Shown here one piece after another: positions 18,550 through 28,441 of a stretch of 64,000 nt of DNA. A program made the translations under genes and the position numbers. A model generated the notes under the pieces. The model worked only from the letters and a program-made list of their open reading frames with translations, had not been told where the DNA came from and did not search any database. Position 1 is the stretch's first letter, and each line of letters begins with the position of its first letter. This DNA comes from an uncultured Clostridia bacterium (GTDB lineage Bacteria > Bacillota > Clostridia > Oscillospirales > UBA644): assembly GCA_948443805.1 (NCBI GenBank), contig CAOJUB010000003.1, positions 1,086-65,085 on the forward strand, written 5' to 3'.

Positions 18550-18742
18550 AGCCCATACAACCGTGTTTGGCGCGCGGCAATTTCAAAACCCTGGTTCACC
18601 AGAGTTGGGTAAAATCTCTCGGCTGCTTTGTGCTTCCAACGTCCCGGAAAACCGGGGAGGCCTGCATTCCTACAGCCGAAGCAGAAATCCCATATTTGAA
18701 ATGTAGGTTTTTATTAACCGCGCATCACGAATCATACAGGCA
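18550..18742 (-). ncRNA. ssrS: 6S RNA
   Basis: About 190 nt rod: GCCTGTATG..GCGG pairs with CCGC..TGTATGGGC; central bulge with AACCT...TGGGA and ACCCAAC..GGGTT elements resembling Firmicutes 6S; inner stem TCGGCTG/CAGCCGA. Confidence 0.75.
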
Positions 18743-18760
18743 AATTTTTGCTTGGTTGGT

Positions 18761-19132
18761 TTAGTCTTCGTCGACAACGCCTTCTATTTCATAATCGCTG
18801 TCGTCTTCTTCCAGTTTGGCGTCGAGCAGTTTCATTACTTCGTTGAATTCGTTTTCGTCTTCGATCGTTGTCAGAAGTTCTTCGTCTCCGTCCTGATCGG
18901 CGCGGAGAATCAGGAATTCACATTCGTCCTGATCGGCTTCTTCTTCTGCGACAAGTGCAAGATACACTTTACCGTTGTATTCAACGCCGTCGACAATGAT
19001 ATAGTTGCTCTGGTTGCCGTCATCGTCAAAAAGCGTGATGATCTCTTCGCCGTTCTCTTCACAGCCGCATCCGCAACCGCAGTCATCGTCTCCGCAGCAG
19101 CCGCAGTCATGCCCGTGCATGTGTTCATCCAT
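18761..19132 (-). CDS. DUF1292 family protein with Cys/His-rich N-terminus
   Basis: ITLFDDDG, VEYNGKVYLAL, LTTIEDENEF; promoter TTGACA-17-TACAAT at 19195-19167. Confidence 0.85.
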   Translation of the reverse strand: MDEHMHGHDCGCCGDDDCGCGCGCEENGEEIITLFDDDGNQSNYIIVDGVEYNGKVYLALVAEEEADQDECEFLILRADQDGDEELLTTIEDENEFNEVMKLLDAKLEEDDSDYEIEGVVDED

Positions 19133-19379
19133 GTCAGATACCTCGTCTTTCTGTTGTTACAATATCATTGTACACCAAAACCGGAGAAATGTCAACCCCC
19201 GCGGTAAAATTATTTTTATCCTGCGGTAAAGCCGTGTTTTGTCTGCCGGCAGGTCGTTTTATCCTCTATGGTTTGTTTTCTCGATTATCTTATCCGGAAT
19301 AAGGGGAAATATACCTGCATTTTTTGTTTTCCTTTTCGGGGCAGGGTGAAAGTCTGAAATGACATTGCTGTTTTTGCGG

Positions 19380-20084
19380 TCAGTTTTTGGTTTCCTGACG
19401 TTTCCGCATTTTTGACCAATTGATAAATCCGTAGATATCGTTTGCCAGAAACAGGATAAAGCAAATAACAACAGACAAATACGAACTGTCGGAAAGGGCT
19501 GCCAAGCTCCATAAAATAAGGAGAATGATATCGTTTGCCGCATAGCCGAGTGCATAAAATGCGCTTCTTCGGAAGGTTAAATAAACACCAAGAAAACTTG
19601 TTGTTACAGACAGCGTGCTCGGTATGAGATTTGCCGTATGGAATCCGGATAATATAAAATAAAAAATAACGGTAACGGCTGCTGTCAGTAGTATCATAAA
19701 AATAATCTCTTTTCTTTTCAGCCTGTTGACTCTGACTTCCGCTTTCTTTTCGTCATATGGATTTTTCAACCATGAAATCAGGGCAATAACCGCCATCGGA
19801 GCGGTCATGCCCAGATAGGTTATCATCTCTCCGTAATAGGCGAATGTAAAAGATATGACGCCGTACAGGATGCTGAAGAGGATCATCAGAACCTGTCCGA
19901 ACGGATTGTCCTTCGCATTGAAAATCAAGGACGTCACACCGATGAAAGAAGCGGCAAGGGTTAGATAATTTTCTCTGTCAAACAGGAAAAAGGATGCCGC
20001 AATGGAGAATAGCGATATACACCATAATAAAAGCTCTCCTTTTGTAAAGTATGCCGCTCTTGTTTTTCGTTTTTTTCCGCACAT
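19380..20084 (-). CDS. PnuC-family transporter, probably guanidine-related
   Basis: GVTSLIFNAK.NPFGQ, YYGEMITY, YAANDI, DIYGFINW; GGAGG RBS; riboswitch upstream. Confidence 0.85.
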   Translation of the reverse strand: MCGKKRKTRAAYFTKGELLLWCISLFSIAASFFLFDRENYLTLAASFIGVTSLIFNAKDNPFGQVLMILFSILYGVISFTFAYYGEMITYLGMTAPMAVIALISWLKNPYDEKKAEVRVNRLKRKEIIFMILLTAAVTVIFYFILSGFHTANLIPSTLSVTTSFLGVYLTFRRSAFYALGYAANDIILLILWSLAALSDSSYLSVVICFILFLANDIYGFINWSKMRKRQETKN

Positions 20085-20097
20085 AAAATAACCTCCG

Positions 20098-20185
20098 AAA
20101 AAATAAGCATCCGTCCACACATCTTCAAAGACCTAACGATGTGTAACGAATGCTTTCGTTTTCTACCCGGTGGCAGATGATTTTT
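20098..20185 (-). promoter_or_regulatory. Guanidine-IV (mepA/GGAM-1) riboswitch
   Basis: P1 TCTGCC-ACCG-GGTAGA; long terminator stem GCATTCGT-TACACATC-[GTTAGGTCTTTGAA]-GATGTGTG-G-ACGGATGC followed by TTATTTTTT; CCACCGGG and TAGGTC are the class signatures and PnuC-like genes are known targets. Confidence 0.85.
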
Positions 20186-20187
20186 AT

Positions 20188-20667
20188 TTAGTTTTGTATC
20201 CACACGTCTATTTCTGTCCGGTCGGGCTTTTCAAAAACAGAATCCAATTTCGCAATCAGTTCGTCAACGACATAATAGGCGTTTGCTTTGCCTGCCAATA
20301 CGTCTTGATTTCTTTTTTTTATCCGGTTATGCCATTCTGCATCATGAATATCTATATAATAAAATTCAAACGGTATGTTTTTGGCATGGTAGAAATTTTT
20401 AGCAAAATCTCTTTCTTTTTTTGCCGGAAATCCCCAATCCAATATAACGTGGGTGTTCCTTTCCAGAATATCCAGTGACTTTCTGTAAAGATATTCCTGT
20501 GTTTTTTTTAGATAGTCGTCATGTTTTTCGCCGGCGTTCTGCCCGAAGATCGTAAGCATAATTTCATCCACGGAAAGAATGACGGCGCTGTGTTTTTTCC
20601 GTAATGTTTCGGCATAAGTGCTTTTACCGCTGCATAGTTTCCCGCAGATCATAAAAACTTTCGCCAT
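20188..20667 (-). CDS. AAA_33-type P-loop kinase
   Basis: CGKLCSGKST, LSVDE, VILDWGF. Confidence 0.85.
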   Translation of the reverse strand: MAKVFMICGKLCSGKSTYAETLRKKHSAVILSVDEIMLTIFGQNAGEKHDDYLKKTQEYLYRKSLDILERNTHVILDWGFPAKKERDFAKNFYHAKNIPFEFYYIDIHDAEWHNRIKKRNQDVLAGKANAYYVVDELIAKLDSVFEKPDRTEIDVWIQN

Positions 20668-20732
20668 AAAACCTTTTCCGCCTTTCGATGGTGGATTTTA
20701 TGATATCTTCGTTTACAATGTAATTGACGGAT

Positions 20733-21590
20733 TTATTTTCCGAAAGCCGCCTGTTTTTGAGCCGGACTGTTTCGTTTTGCCAGCTCCGGCGCGCGGCGTT
20801 CCAAAGCCGCCATGGAAATTTCAATATCCTCCAGCGCTTCCCGTTCGTTGAAGCAGCCGACGGTTACCATGTCGCAGTCGCGGATTGTTGCCCATGAAAA
20901 ATTCAGCCCGACAAAAGGCGTTGTCCGTCCGGCAGCGATCGGTTTAATGGTCATGACCGGTTTTTTCGCTTCCTGGATTACCGCGGCCACGGCTTCGACT
21001 TCGACCTGCATCAAAAATCCCATGCAGTTATAAATCTGGATATAGGTCTCGACGTCGTAATGGTTTTCATCACTGTAAACAACCAGTTCCGGCATATGTG
21101 CCGAAAGGCCGGGGATCATGCCGGCGTCCCGGATCATTTTGGTATAATCGTCCAGCCGGCTGATGATCCGTTTGTTTTTATTGACAAGCTGCTCGGCCGA
21201 GTAATGGTGGATCAAACAGAGTTTACTGCCTCTTTTTGCCGATTCCCGGATGGTCTGTTCGGCTTCTTTTCTTGCCGCCGTATTGTCGTCGACGTTGATA
21301 ACCGGCGTGTCGATCATCAGTATTTCCCGTCCGGTTTTCTGTTCGGTTTGCTTGACGGCGTCAAAAACGGGCTGGGCCATGCCGAACGGCGCCATAATGG
21401 TATCGACCCCGCGGGAGAGAAAGGTCTCCAGCATGGGAATGATAGTGCCGGGGGCTGCATGGCGCTCTTTTATCATTTGGTCGGCCGCGTCGCTCCGATG
21501 ACTGTAACCTGCCATCCAGTTTGTGCCGATGATCATTCGGGACAGCGAGAGTCCGCCGACTTCCGTGCGGGGAAAAAACGTTTGTTTCAT
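20733..21590 (-). CDS. Aldo/keto reductase-like protein
   Basis: SLSRMIIGTNW, GLSAH, PVMTIKPIAAGR. Confidence 0.65.
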   Translation of the reverse strand: MKQTFFPRTEVGGLSLSRMIIGTNWMAGYSHRSDAADQMIKERHAAPGTIIPMLETFLSRGVDTIMAPFGMAQPVFDAVKQTEQKTGREILMIDTPVINVDDNTAARKEAEQTIRESAKRGSKLCLIHHYSAEQLVNKNKRIISRLDDYTKMIRDAGMIPGLSAHMPELVVYSDENHYDVETYIQIYNCMGFLMQVEVEAVAAVIQEAKKPVMTIKPIAAGRTTPFVGLNFSWATIRDCDMVTVGCFNEREALEDIEISMAALERRAPELAKRNSPAQKQAAFGK

Positions 21591-21668
21591 AAAAATCTCC
21601 GTTCCGCCATGATGGCTCAAAATAAACCGCCGGTTTCCCGGATTGTCTGTTTGGCAGGCGTTCTTTTT

Positions 21669-22310
21669 TTATCCGTTTTTTGACTGACGGTAAAGCCAGT
21701 CGACAAGATCGGTTTCTTCATAGGTTTTTGTCCAGGAGTCATGTCCTACGCGGTGGTAAAGCGTTAGTTCCGCATGGCCGCCGGTGGTATTGACGGCGTC
21801 GACCATTTCGATTGAGTTCCGTACGGGTACGGTCTGGTCGTCGGTTCCGTGAAAGGCGCGGATCGGCATTTTCAGCAGATCACACCGCCAGGAAGTTCCG
21901 CCGCCGCAGACGGGCGCCAGCGCCGCAAAAGCATCGGGAAAGCTCATTCCCAGTTCCCAGGTTCCGAAACCGCCCATGCTCAGACCGGTTACCGTGATCC
22001 GGTTTTTATCGATCCGGTAGGTTTCGGTTATTTCATCGATCATGGCTTTCAGCGGATAAATCTGCGTATTCCAGATTCGGTTTGGCTGGCATTGGGGAGA
22101 AAAGGTGATTGCCCGAACCGGCGAAGTCTCCCGGAACAGTTTCGGGATTCCGTTAACGGCGACCATTTCTGGATTGTCGCCCCGTTCTCCTGCGCCGTGT
22201 AAAAATACGATCAGCGGCAGCGATTCTTTTTCTTTATCAAAGCCTTCCGGCAGAGTGAGCAGGTAGGAAAAGGGCTTTCCGGTGTCTTTTTTGTCGAAGA
22301 TTTGCAGCAT
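21669..22310 (-). CDS. Alpha/beta hydrolase (phospholipase/peptidase-like)
   Basis: FLHGAGERG, GLSMGG, FHGTDD, GHDSW catalytic triad. Confidence 0.9.
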   Translation of the reverse strand: MLQIFDKKDTGKPFSYLLTLPEGFDKEKESLPLIVFLHGAGERGDNPEMVAVNGIPKLFRETSPVRAITFSPQCQPNRIWNTQIYPLKAMIDEITETYRIDKNRITVTGLSMGGFGTWELGMSFPDAFAALAPVCGGGTSWRCDLLKMPIRAFHGTDDQTVPVRNSIEMVDAVNTTGGHAELTLYHRVGHDSWTKTYEETDLVDWLYRQSKNG

Positions 22311-22466
22311 TTTGTGGTTCCTTTCTTGTTGGCCGAAGCCGTTTTTCTTTTTCTTTTTTCTTTTTTGTTTCGCAAGGCGGAATAAAGAAATTCTTTTTCT
22401 GTTTTTTGTGCGGGGATCCGGCGCGCCGGAAGAAAATGAAATTTTTGCGAATTTCCGTAAAACCTC

Positions 22467-22495
22467 TTGAAAACAAAAGGGTTATATGCTATAAT
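22467..22495 (+). promoter_or_regulatory. Near-consensus SigA promoter pointing antisense into the EamA gene
   Basis: TTGAAA-17-TATAAT with TG extension. Confidence 0.55.
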
Positions 22496-23435
22496 CAGCC
22501 TGTTTTACGGGGTAATTTTTTTCGCGTCCGTTCAGGATGAAAACCGAGCTCAAAACAAGGAAAATACCGGCGATACCCAGCGGAGAAAGCGGTTCCCGGA
22601 AGAACAAAACCCCGGTGAGCGTTGCGACTACCGGTTCTGCGGAAACAATAATAGAGGCTTTGCCGGTTTCAATTTTGGAAAGACCGAGCGTATAGAGAAT
22701 ATACGGCAGGATGGTGGTGATGATTCCCATCAGCACGCCGATCAGAATGGTTTCCGGATGGGCGGCCAGAATCGGAAGCATGGTGGGAAATTCGGCGAAG
22801 GGAAGAATCCCTGCCGCGGCAAAGAGAAAGGTAAACGTTGAAATCGTCAGCGCTTTATAACCTTTTTTGACGGCGATGGTTCCGAAAATGCTGTACAGCG
22901 CATATCCGAAAGCCGACAGCAAGCCCAGAAGAACGGCCTTGGCCGGAACGGCCGCATGACTGCCGAGAATTCCGGTAACCAGAATACAGCCGGAAAAGGT
23001 CGTCAGGCAGGCGAGTATTTTCCGCAGCGTCAGTTTTTCCCGGAAAACCGGGATGGTAAGAAGCGTTACCATAATCGGCGAGGTGTAAAGCAAAACCGCA
23101 GCGACCGAAAGAGACGTGTACTTCATGGTTGAAAAATAGCAGATGGTAAAGCTGACGATGCTGATGATTCCGGTGCCGATAAAGCACCAGATATCTTTGA
23201 GCCGGATAGCAAGCAGACGGTTCCCGATCGGGTAGAATTTTTTCTTCAGTGCCTGATCCATAATGCCGGTTGTCAAGAGCAGGATCAGCGCCGAGGTCAG
23301 AATCCGGATTGCGGAAATATGCATTGATGAAAAACCGTAGTTCTGAAGCCAGCGGACAAAAACGCCCATCAGCCCCCATAGCGTTCCTGCAAGCAGAACG
23401 GCGGCGGTACCTGCGGTCTTGTTTTTCATGTTCAT
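22482..23435 (-). CDS. EamA/DMT family transporter
   Basis: About 10 TM segments, LLYTSPI, EPVVA; promoter TTGACT-17-TATAAT at 23519-23491. Confidence 0.9.
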   Translation of the reverse strand: MNMKNKTAGTAAVLLAGTLWGLMGVFVRWLQNYGFSSMHISAIRILTSALILLLTTGIMDQALKKKFYPIGNRLLAIRLKDIWCFIGTGIISIVSFTICYFSTMKYTSLSVAAVLLYTSPIMVTLLTIPVFREKLTLRKILACLTTFSGCILVTGILGSHAAVPAKAVLLGLLSAFGYALYSIFGTIAVKKGYKALTISTFTFLFAAAGILPFAEFPTMLPILAAHPETILIGVLMGIITTILPYILYTLGLSKIETGKASIIVSAEPVVATLTGVLFFREPLSPLGIAGIFLVLSSVFILNGREKNYPVKQADYSI

Positions 23436-23598
23436 CCCAGCCCCTTGAAATCGCGGCGCGGTATTCCGCGGAACGCTTGATACAGAATGTATTATATAGG
23501 AAAAACGCGGCAAAGTCAAGTTCTTTGCAATTAATTCATAAAATCGGAAGATTTAAAATAAGAAAGACGACAGCCCGGACGGGCGGATTGGAGTTATT

Positions 23599-25893
23599 AT
23601 GTTTCAGATCAGGGGTGACCGTGCGAATTTTGAGATCCGTACGGTAGACAGGGGGATTTTCCGGGTTCGGGCGTCCTCCGATTCTACATTTGGCGAAAGC
23701 CTTCTTTCCCGCTATAACATTTTGCAGGAGAAGGGCGAAGTTGAAGCGACTGTTTCCGAAAACGGTTCGGTTTATTCTGTTCAGGCCGATCCCTTTACAG
23801 CAGAGCTGGATGCCGGCGCGAACCGGATTACCTTCAGCGGGGCAAAGGCTCCTTTTACCGTTGAAATGGAAGGTAAAGACGGGGCGGAATACCGGAACAA
23901 GGGGTTTCAGATCAAAATTTCGGTTTGCGAAAACGAACGTTTTTTCGGAATCGGGGATGAGAGCCGGAAAAGCATTGCGCGGAAGGGAACAACCGCCCGC
24001 ATGGATATTAAAAATGTGGTTTCCTACGGTCCGGTTCCGTTCCTGATGAGTTCGAACGGCTGGGGATTTTTGTTGAACTGCACCTATGCGCATATGTTTG
24101 ATATTGCCGATACCGAAAAGGATAAGATTGTGGTTTCCAGTCCGAAGGGCGTAATTGATTTCTATGTCTTTATGCCGGAAAGCCATGATATGCGCGATGT
24201 GTTGGAACTGCATTCCCGCGTTAGCGGCAAGCCGATTGTCATGCCGAAATTTTTCTACGGCTTTACTTTTGTTCTCAATGAACAGACCAACGCCAGAGAA
24301 ATGCTCTGGGACTGCAAAATGTTCCGCCGCGAGGACATTCCCTGCGATACGGTAGGGTTGGAGCCGCAGTGGATGTCGCGTCATTATGACGCCTCGATCG
24401 ATAAAAAATTCGATGACGACCGGTTTTATATCCCCGGCTGGCTGCCGCAGAATCAGTCCGGTCCGTTTACTTTTTTCTATAATCTCCGCGAACTGGGCTT
24501 CAAACTGAGCCTCTGGCTCTGCAACGATTATGATCTGCTCTGGGAAGAGGAACGGCAGGCCGGGGCGCGCGCGGCGCTTGAAAACAAAGAGTATTCCTAC
24601 GAAGGCGCTTCGATTGTCGACCCGCATTTTTCCTGTCCGCTTTATATGGACGGCCGGACCAAAAGAGACGAGGGCTGGTTTGAACATCTGAAAAAATTTG
24701 TCGATAACGGCGCTTCGGCTTTTAAACTGGACGGCGCGTTTCAGGTGAACGATCATCCCGACCGGCTGTGGGGCGGCAAATATTTTGACGACGAAGTACA
24801 CAATGTATATCCCGTTCTGTATGTCAAGCAGATGCAGGAAGGATTCCGCGACCATACCGACGGTCGGCGTTCGGTCATCTATACGCCCTGCGTCTATTCC
24901 GGAAGCCAGCGGTACTGCGCTTCCTGGGCCGGCGATACCGGCGGCGGATATGATACGGTTGTCGCCATGCTGAATTTCGGGCTCAGCGGCCATGTCAACG
25001 TGACCTGTGATTTGGATCCGACCGAAAAAACCAGCATCCATTACGGATTTTTTGCTCCGTGGGTTCAGCAGCTTGGCTGGCGGAACTGGCATCAGCCTTG
25101 GTTTTTGAGTGATGACAAGGAAGAGATGATCCGTTTTTACAGCAAACTTCGCTCTTCTTTGTTCCCGTATATTTACGCAACGGCACATCAGGCCGCTGAA
25201 ACGGCGCTGCCGATCGCGCGGGCGCTTTCGCTGATGTATCCCGATCATCCGGAGTATGATGCGCTGACCAATATGTATCTGTTCGGCGACAGTCTTCTTG
25301 TCGGCGTATTTGATATGCACGTCACGCTGCCGGAGGGAAGATGGATTGATTTCTGGAACGATAAGGTCTATGAGGGCGGCTGCGATTTCGATTACGAAAT
25401 TCCTGAAGGCCGCGGCGGCGCGCTGTTTGTCAAGGCCGGATCGGTCATTGCCATGATGGAACCGCAGCCGTATATTGAAAAGGCTGAGCCGGACCGTTAT
25501 TTCCTTCACATCTATCCCGGCGGAGATTCGGTCTTTACGCTGGTGGAAGACGACGGTTATACCTATGATTATGAAAAGGGCGGTATGGCGAAAACCCGGA
25601 TTTCCCTTTATGATTCCAAAGACGGTTGCTCGCTTTCCATCGCACAGCGCGTAGGGGCTTATGCCGGCAGAGAAAAAAGAACCGGCGACGCTTATAAAGA
25701 GTCTGATCCCGAGATCCGGGGGATGGGCGAGGTATCCGGCTTTACCGCGGTGGTTCATGCGGCCGGCGTAAAAAGTGTTACGCTCGGCGGCAAGGAAATT
25801 CCGGTTCGCTGTGAGGACGGAAAATATTGCTTTGATATTCCCGCGGCGCTGCATGCCGAAAGCGAACTGACCTATCAGATTTCATTGCATTAA
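23599..25893 (+). CDS. Glycoside hydrolase family 31
   Basis: FKLDG nucleophile region, SGSQRY..SWAGD, HQAAETALPIARAL, LPEGRWIDFW. Confidence 0.9.
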   Translation: MFQIRGDRANFEIRTVDRGIFRVRASSDSTFGESLLSRYNILQEKGEVEATVSENGSVYSVQADPFTAELDAGANRITFSGAKAPFTVEMEGKDGAEYRNKGFQIKISVCENERFFGIGDESRKSIARKGTTARMDIKNVVSYGPVPFLMSSNGWGFLLNCTYAHMFDIADTEKDKIVVSSPKGVIDFYVFMPESHDMRDVLELHSRVSGKPIVMPKFFYGFTFVLNEQTNAREMLWDCKMFRREDIPCDTVGLEPQWMSRHYDASIDKKFDDDRFYIPGWLPQNQSGPFTFFYNLRELGFKLSLWLCNDYDLLWEEERQAGARAALENKEYSYEGASIVDPHFSCPLYMDGRTKRDEGWFEHLKKFVDNGASAFKLDGAFQVNDHPDRLWGGKYFDDEVHNVYPVLYVKQMQEGFRDHTDGRRSVIYTPCVYSGSQRYCASWAGDTGGGYDTVVAMLNFGLSGHVNVTCDLDPTEKTSIHYGFFAPWVQQLGWRNWHQPWFLSDDKEEMIRFYSKLRSSLFPYIYATAHQAAETALPIARALSLMYPDHPEYDALTNMYLFGDSLLVGVFDMHVTLPEGRWIDFWNDKVYEGGCDFDYEIPEGRGGALFVKAGSVIAMMEPQPYIEKAEPDRYFLHIYPGGDSVFTLVEDDGYTYDYEKGGMAKTRISLYDSKDGCSLSIAQRVGAYAGREKRTGDAYKESDPEIRGMGEVSGFTAVVHAAGVKSVTLGGKEIPVRCEDGKYCFDIPAALHAESELTYQISLH

Positions 25894-25898
25894 AGAGT

Positions 25899-25932
25899 AA
25901 AAAAAGGGCTGAAATTGTCAGCCCTTTTTTTC
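25899..25932 (+). terminator. Rho-independent terminator
   Basis: AAAAAAGGGCTGA-AATTG-TCAGCCCTTTTTTT. Confidence 0.85.
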
Positions 25933-26026
25933 ATAAAGCCGCAGATGAGAAAAACGGAAAAAGCTTGACTTTTGTCATTTTTTTTGTTAGACTGATAATA
26001 AAAAAGACTGAAAAGGGGTCGATTTT

Positions 26027-26593
26027 ATGCCGAAAATTTCTATGCCTGCCGGAAATGCTTTCTGTCCGCAATGTTTGTATTTATACGGGACCTATAAAGA
26101 GAATAGGGAACCGAATTACGGTCTTTTTACCTGGGCGACTTATTGCTGGGACGAAGGCCTTCGGTTTATCGCCTGTATCGGGGAAGATAAATTGACCCGC
26201 GACAGGATTCGGGCTACGGGCGTCTTTTCCGCCTCGGTCGTCGGCGAAGCGTTATTGCCTGCGGCCGATTTTTGCGGAAACCGGCCGGGATATACTTTTG
26301 ATAAATCCGGACGGATGGAATCGGTATGCGGTTCGGTTTTGGAGGTTCCGGTACCGGCTGAGAGCCCGTATAGCTTTGAATTGTCGGTGGATAAGATTCT
26401 TTCTCTTGATGACCGGAAGGAAAGTGAAATTTATGTCTGCAAAATCTGCAATGTGCTTGCAGACGAACGGCTGGGAGAAGAAAACGGCTCCTTTGAAGAG
26501 CGCCTGCGCTTTGCTTCTCCCGTCGTCAGTCTTTCTCATCAGTATTTTTCTGTTTCGGACAAACCGCTCGGTCATTGGGGCGAATGGAAGTAA
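26027..26593 (+). CDS. Flavin reductase/flavoredoxin-like protein
   Basis: PN...TW, TRDRIRATGVFS, AADFCG..G..FDK pattern; TTGACT-17-TAGACT upstream. Confidence 0.75.
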   Translation: MPKISMPAGNAFCPQCLYLYGTYKENREPNYGLFTWATYCWDEGLRFIACIGEDKLTRDRIRATGVFSASVVGEALLPAADFCGNRPGYTFDKSGRMESVCGSVLEVPVPAESPYSFELSVDKILSLDDRKESEIYVCKICNVLADERLGEENGSFEERLRFASPVVSLSHQYFSVSDKPLGHWGEWK

Positions 26594-26633
26594 CGGTATC
26601 TCATTCTTTTATCATTGGCAGGAGGAGTGAAAA

Positions 26634-27119
26634 ATGCGTTTCGATCTGGCGCCGCGGGGTTCGTTTTATCAGGGAATCAGCCGTACGCTGCAGCCAAAAG
26701 ACTTTATAGGAAAGCGCGGGAAGGACTCGGCATTGCTTTCCCGCTATTTTGAATATCTGGATTTTATGAATCCTTCTGTTTCTGTTCCGTTTCGTTACGA
26801 CCGCTCGGCGTTTGAGCAATTGACCGGATTTCTGCTGGATTTTCAGCAGGGCGGTATTGACTGCGAAATAATTGCTTATGATGATGCTCCGTTGACGGCG
26901 GCTTTCGGAAAACCGGTTGAATTTTTAGGAATTGATGTGGTTTATGATTCGGCGGAGTCTCTGCTCGAATTGCCGGATAGCGTGCCGGAAGAGGTAAAGG
27001 TACGGCTGAACAAGAGTTTTTTGTGCCCGACGGAAGCCGATGTTCCGTTTGTCTGCAAAAGCTGCGGTCAGAGACCCTTTCTTTGGCGGCCCTGTTGGGT
27101 ATATCGGGTGGTTTTATAA
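26634..27119 (+). CDS. Hypothetical protein
   Basis: Strong AGGAGGAG RBS; 161-aa ORF; terminator downstream. Confidence 0.7.
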   Translation: MRFDLAPRGSFYQGISRTLQPKDFIGKRGKDSALLSRYFEYLDFMNPSVSVPFRYDRSAFEQLTGFLLDFQQGGIDCEIIAYDDAPLTAAFGKPVEFLGIDVVYDSAESLLELPDSVPEEVKVRLNKSFLCPTEADVPFVCKSCGQRPFLWRPCWVYRVVL

Positions 27120-27143
27120 CCGGTTTTTATAAACACCGACGAT

Positions 27144-27184
27144 AAAAAGAACCGCTCTCTGTGAAAAACAGGGGCGGTTCTTTT
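27144..27184. terminator. Bidirectional terminator
   Basis: AAAAGAACCGCTCT...GGGGCGGTTCTTTT. Confidence 0.75.
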
Positions 27185-27233
27185 GCTTTTGGCTATTTTT
27201 TATTTCTCTGCAACGGGTTGCTTTTGCCGGTCT

Positions 27234-28403
27234 TTAGCCGTTATTTTTCATGCGGAGGCAGATTTCTTTCGCCATGGCGGCAATTTCCTCTTTATTGCTG
27301 CTGTTAACGGCGGAACGGACGGTAACGGCAGATTCCAGATAGGTAATATTTTTGCTTTTTGCCAGCGCGTCCTTCATGATTTTTATTGCCATGGGCGCCC
27401 AGGAACCGTTTTCGATGAATCCGACGGTTCGGTTCTGGTAATTTCTTTCGGTCAGGCCGTGAAGAAATTGATGCATAGAAGGGAAAACATCGGCGTTGTA
27501 GGTGAGCGAGGCAAGAACAAGGGTACTGTAACGGAAGGCGTCGGCGATTGCTTGTGCCGGATCACAGCGGGAAAGGTCGTAGAGGGCGACGGCGGGGCAG
27601 CCGTTTTCCTGCAGCTGATCGACCAGCAGTTTTGCCGCTTTTTCGGTGTTTCCGTAAACCGAAGCATAGGCCAGGCAGACCCCTTCATTTTCCGGCCGGT
27701 AAGAAGACCAGGCGTCATACAGCCCAAGATAATAACCGAGATTTTCGGTCAGAACCGGTCCGTGCAGCGGGCAGATTTTTTCAACCGTCAGCGTGGCTGC
27801 TTTTTTCAGCAGGCTTTGCACCTGCGCGCCGTATTTGCCGACAATTCCGATATAATAGCGGCGGGCTTCATCGGCCCAGTTTTCTTCTGCGTCCAGTGCA
27901 CCGAATTTACCGAATCCATCGGCAGAGAAGAGTACCTTGTCGGTTCCGTCATAGGTTACCATGACTTCCGGCCAGTGCACCATCGGCGCAAAAAGAAAGC
28001 TGAGGGTGCGGCCGCCGAGAGAAAGGGTATCTCCGTCTTTAACGGTTACGGTTTTAGCGGAGAGTTCACCGAAAAACTGGTTCATCATGGCAAATGTTTT
28101 CGCATTTGCTACAATTGCGGTTTCCGGATAGCATGCCAGAAAATCTGCAATTCCGGCCGAGTGATCCGGTTCCATGTGCTGAATGATCAGATAATCCGGT
28201 CTTCGTCCTTCCAGCGCTGCAGAAAGATTGGCAAGCCATTCTTTGGTAAAACGTCGGTCTACCGTGTCCATAACGGCGATTTTTTCATCCCGGATCAGAT
28301 AGGAATTATAACAGATCCCGTTCGGAACCCGGTACTGTCCTTCAAACAGATCGATTTCCCGGTCGTTGACGCCGAGATACAGAATATGGGGGGTAATGTT
28401 CAT
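27234..28403 (-). CDS. fprA: Flavodiiron protein (FprA family)
   Basis: LFEGQY, QHMEPDHS, APMVHWPE, FSADGFG, PLHGP, flavodoxin SVYGNT. Confidence 0.92.
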   Translation of the reverse strand: MNITPHILYLGVNDREIDLFEGQYRVPNGICYNSYLIRDEKIAVMDTVDRRFTKEWLANLSAALEGRRPDYLIIQHMEPDHSAGIADFLACYPETAIVANAKTFAMMNQFFGELSAKTVTVKDGDTLSLGGRTLSFLFAPMVHWPEVMVTYDGTDKVLFSADGFGKFGALDAEENWADEARRYYIGIVGKYGAQVQSLLKKAATLTVEKICPLHGPVLTENLGYYLGLYDAWSSYRPENEGVCLAYASVYGNTEKAAKLLVDQLQENGCPAVALYDLSRCDPAQAIADAFRYSTLVLASLTYNADVFPSMHQFLHGLTERNYQNRTVGFIENGSWAPMAIKIMKDALAKSKNITYLESAVTVRSAVNSSNKEEIAAMAKEICLRMKNNG

Positions 28404-28441
28404 ATAAATCCTCTCTCTTTCTTTTCCGTGTCTTTTTATTT

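Noticed and set aside
23536-25854. 772-aa ORF antisense to GH31
   Set aside because: Mirrors the real gene codon for codon; no recognisable motifs; typical shadow ORF
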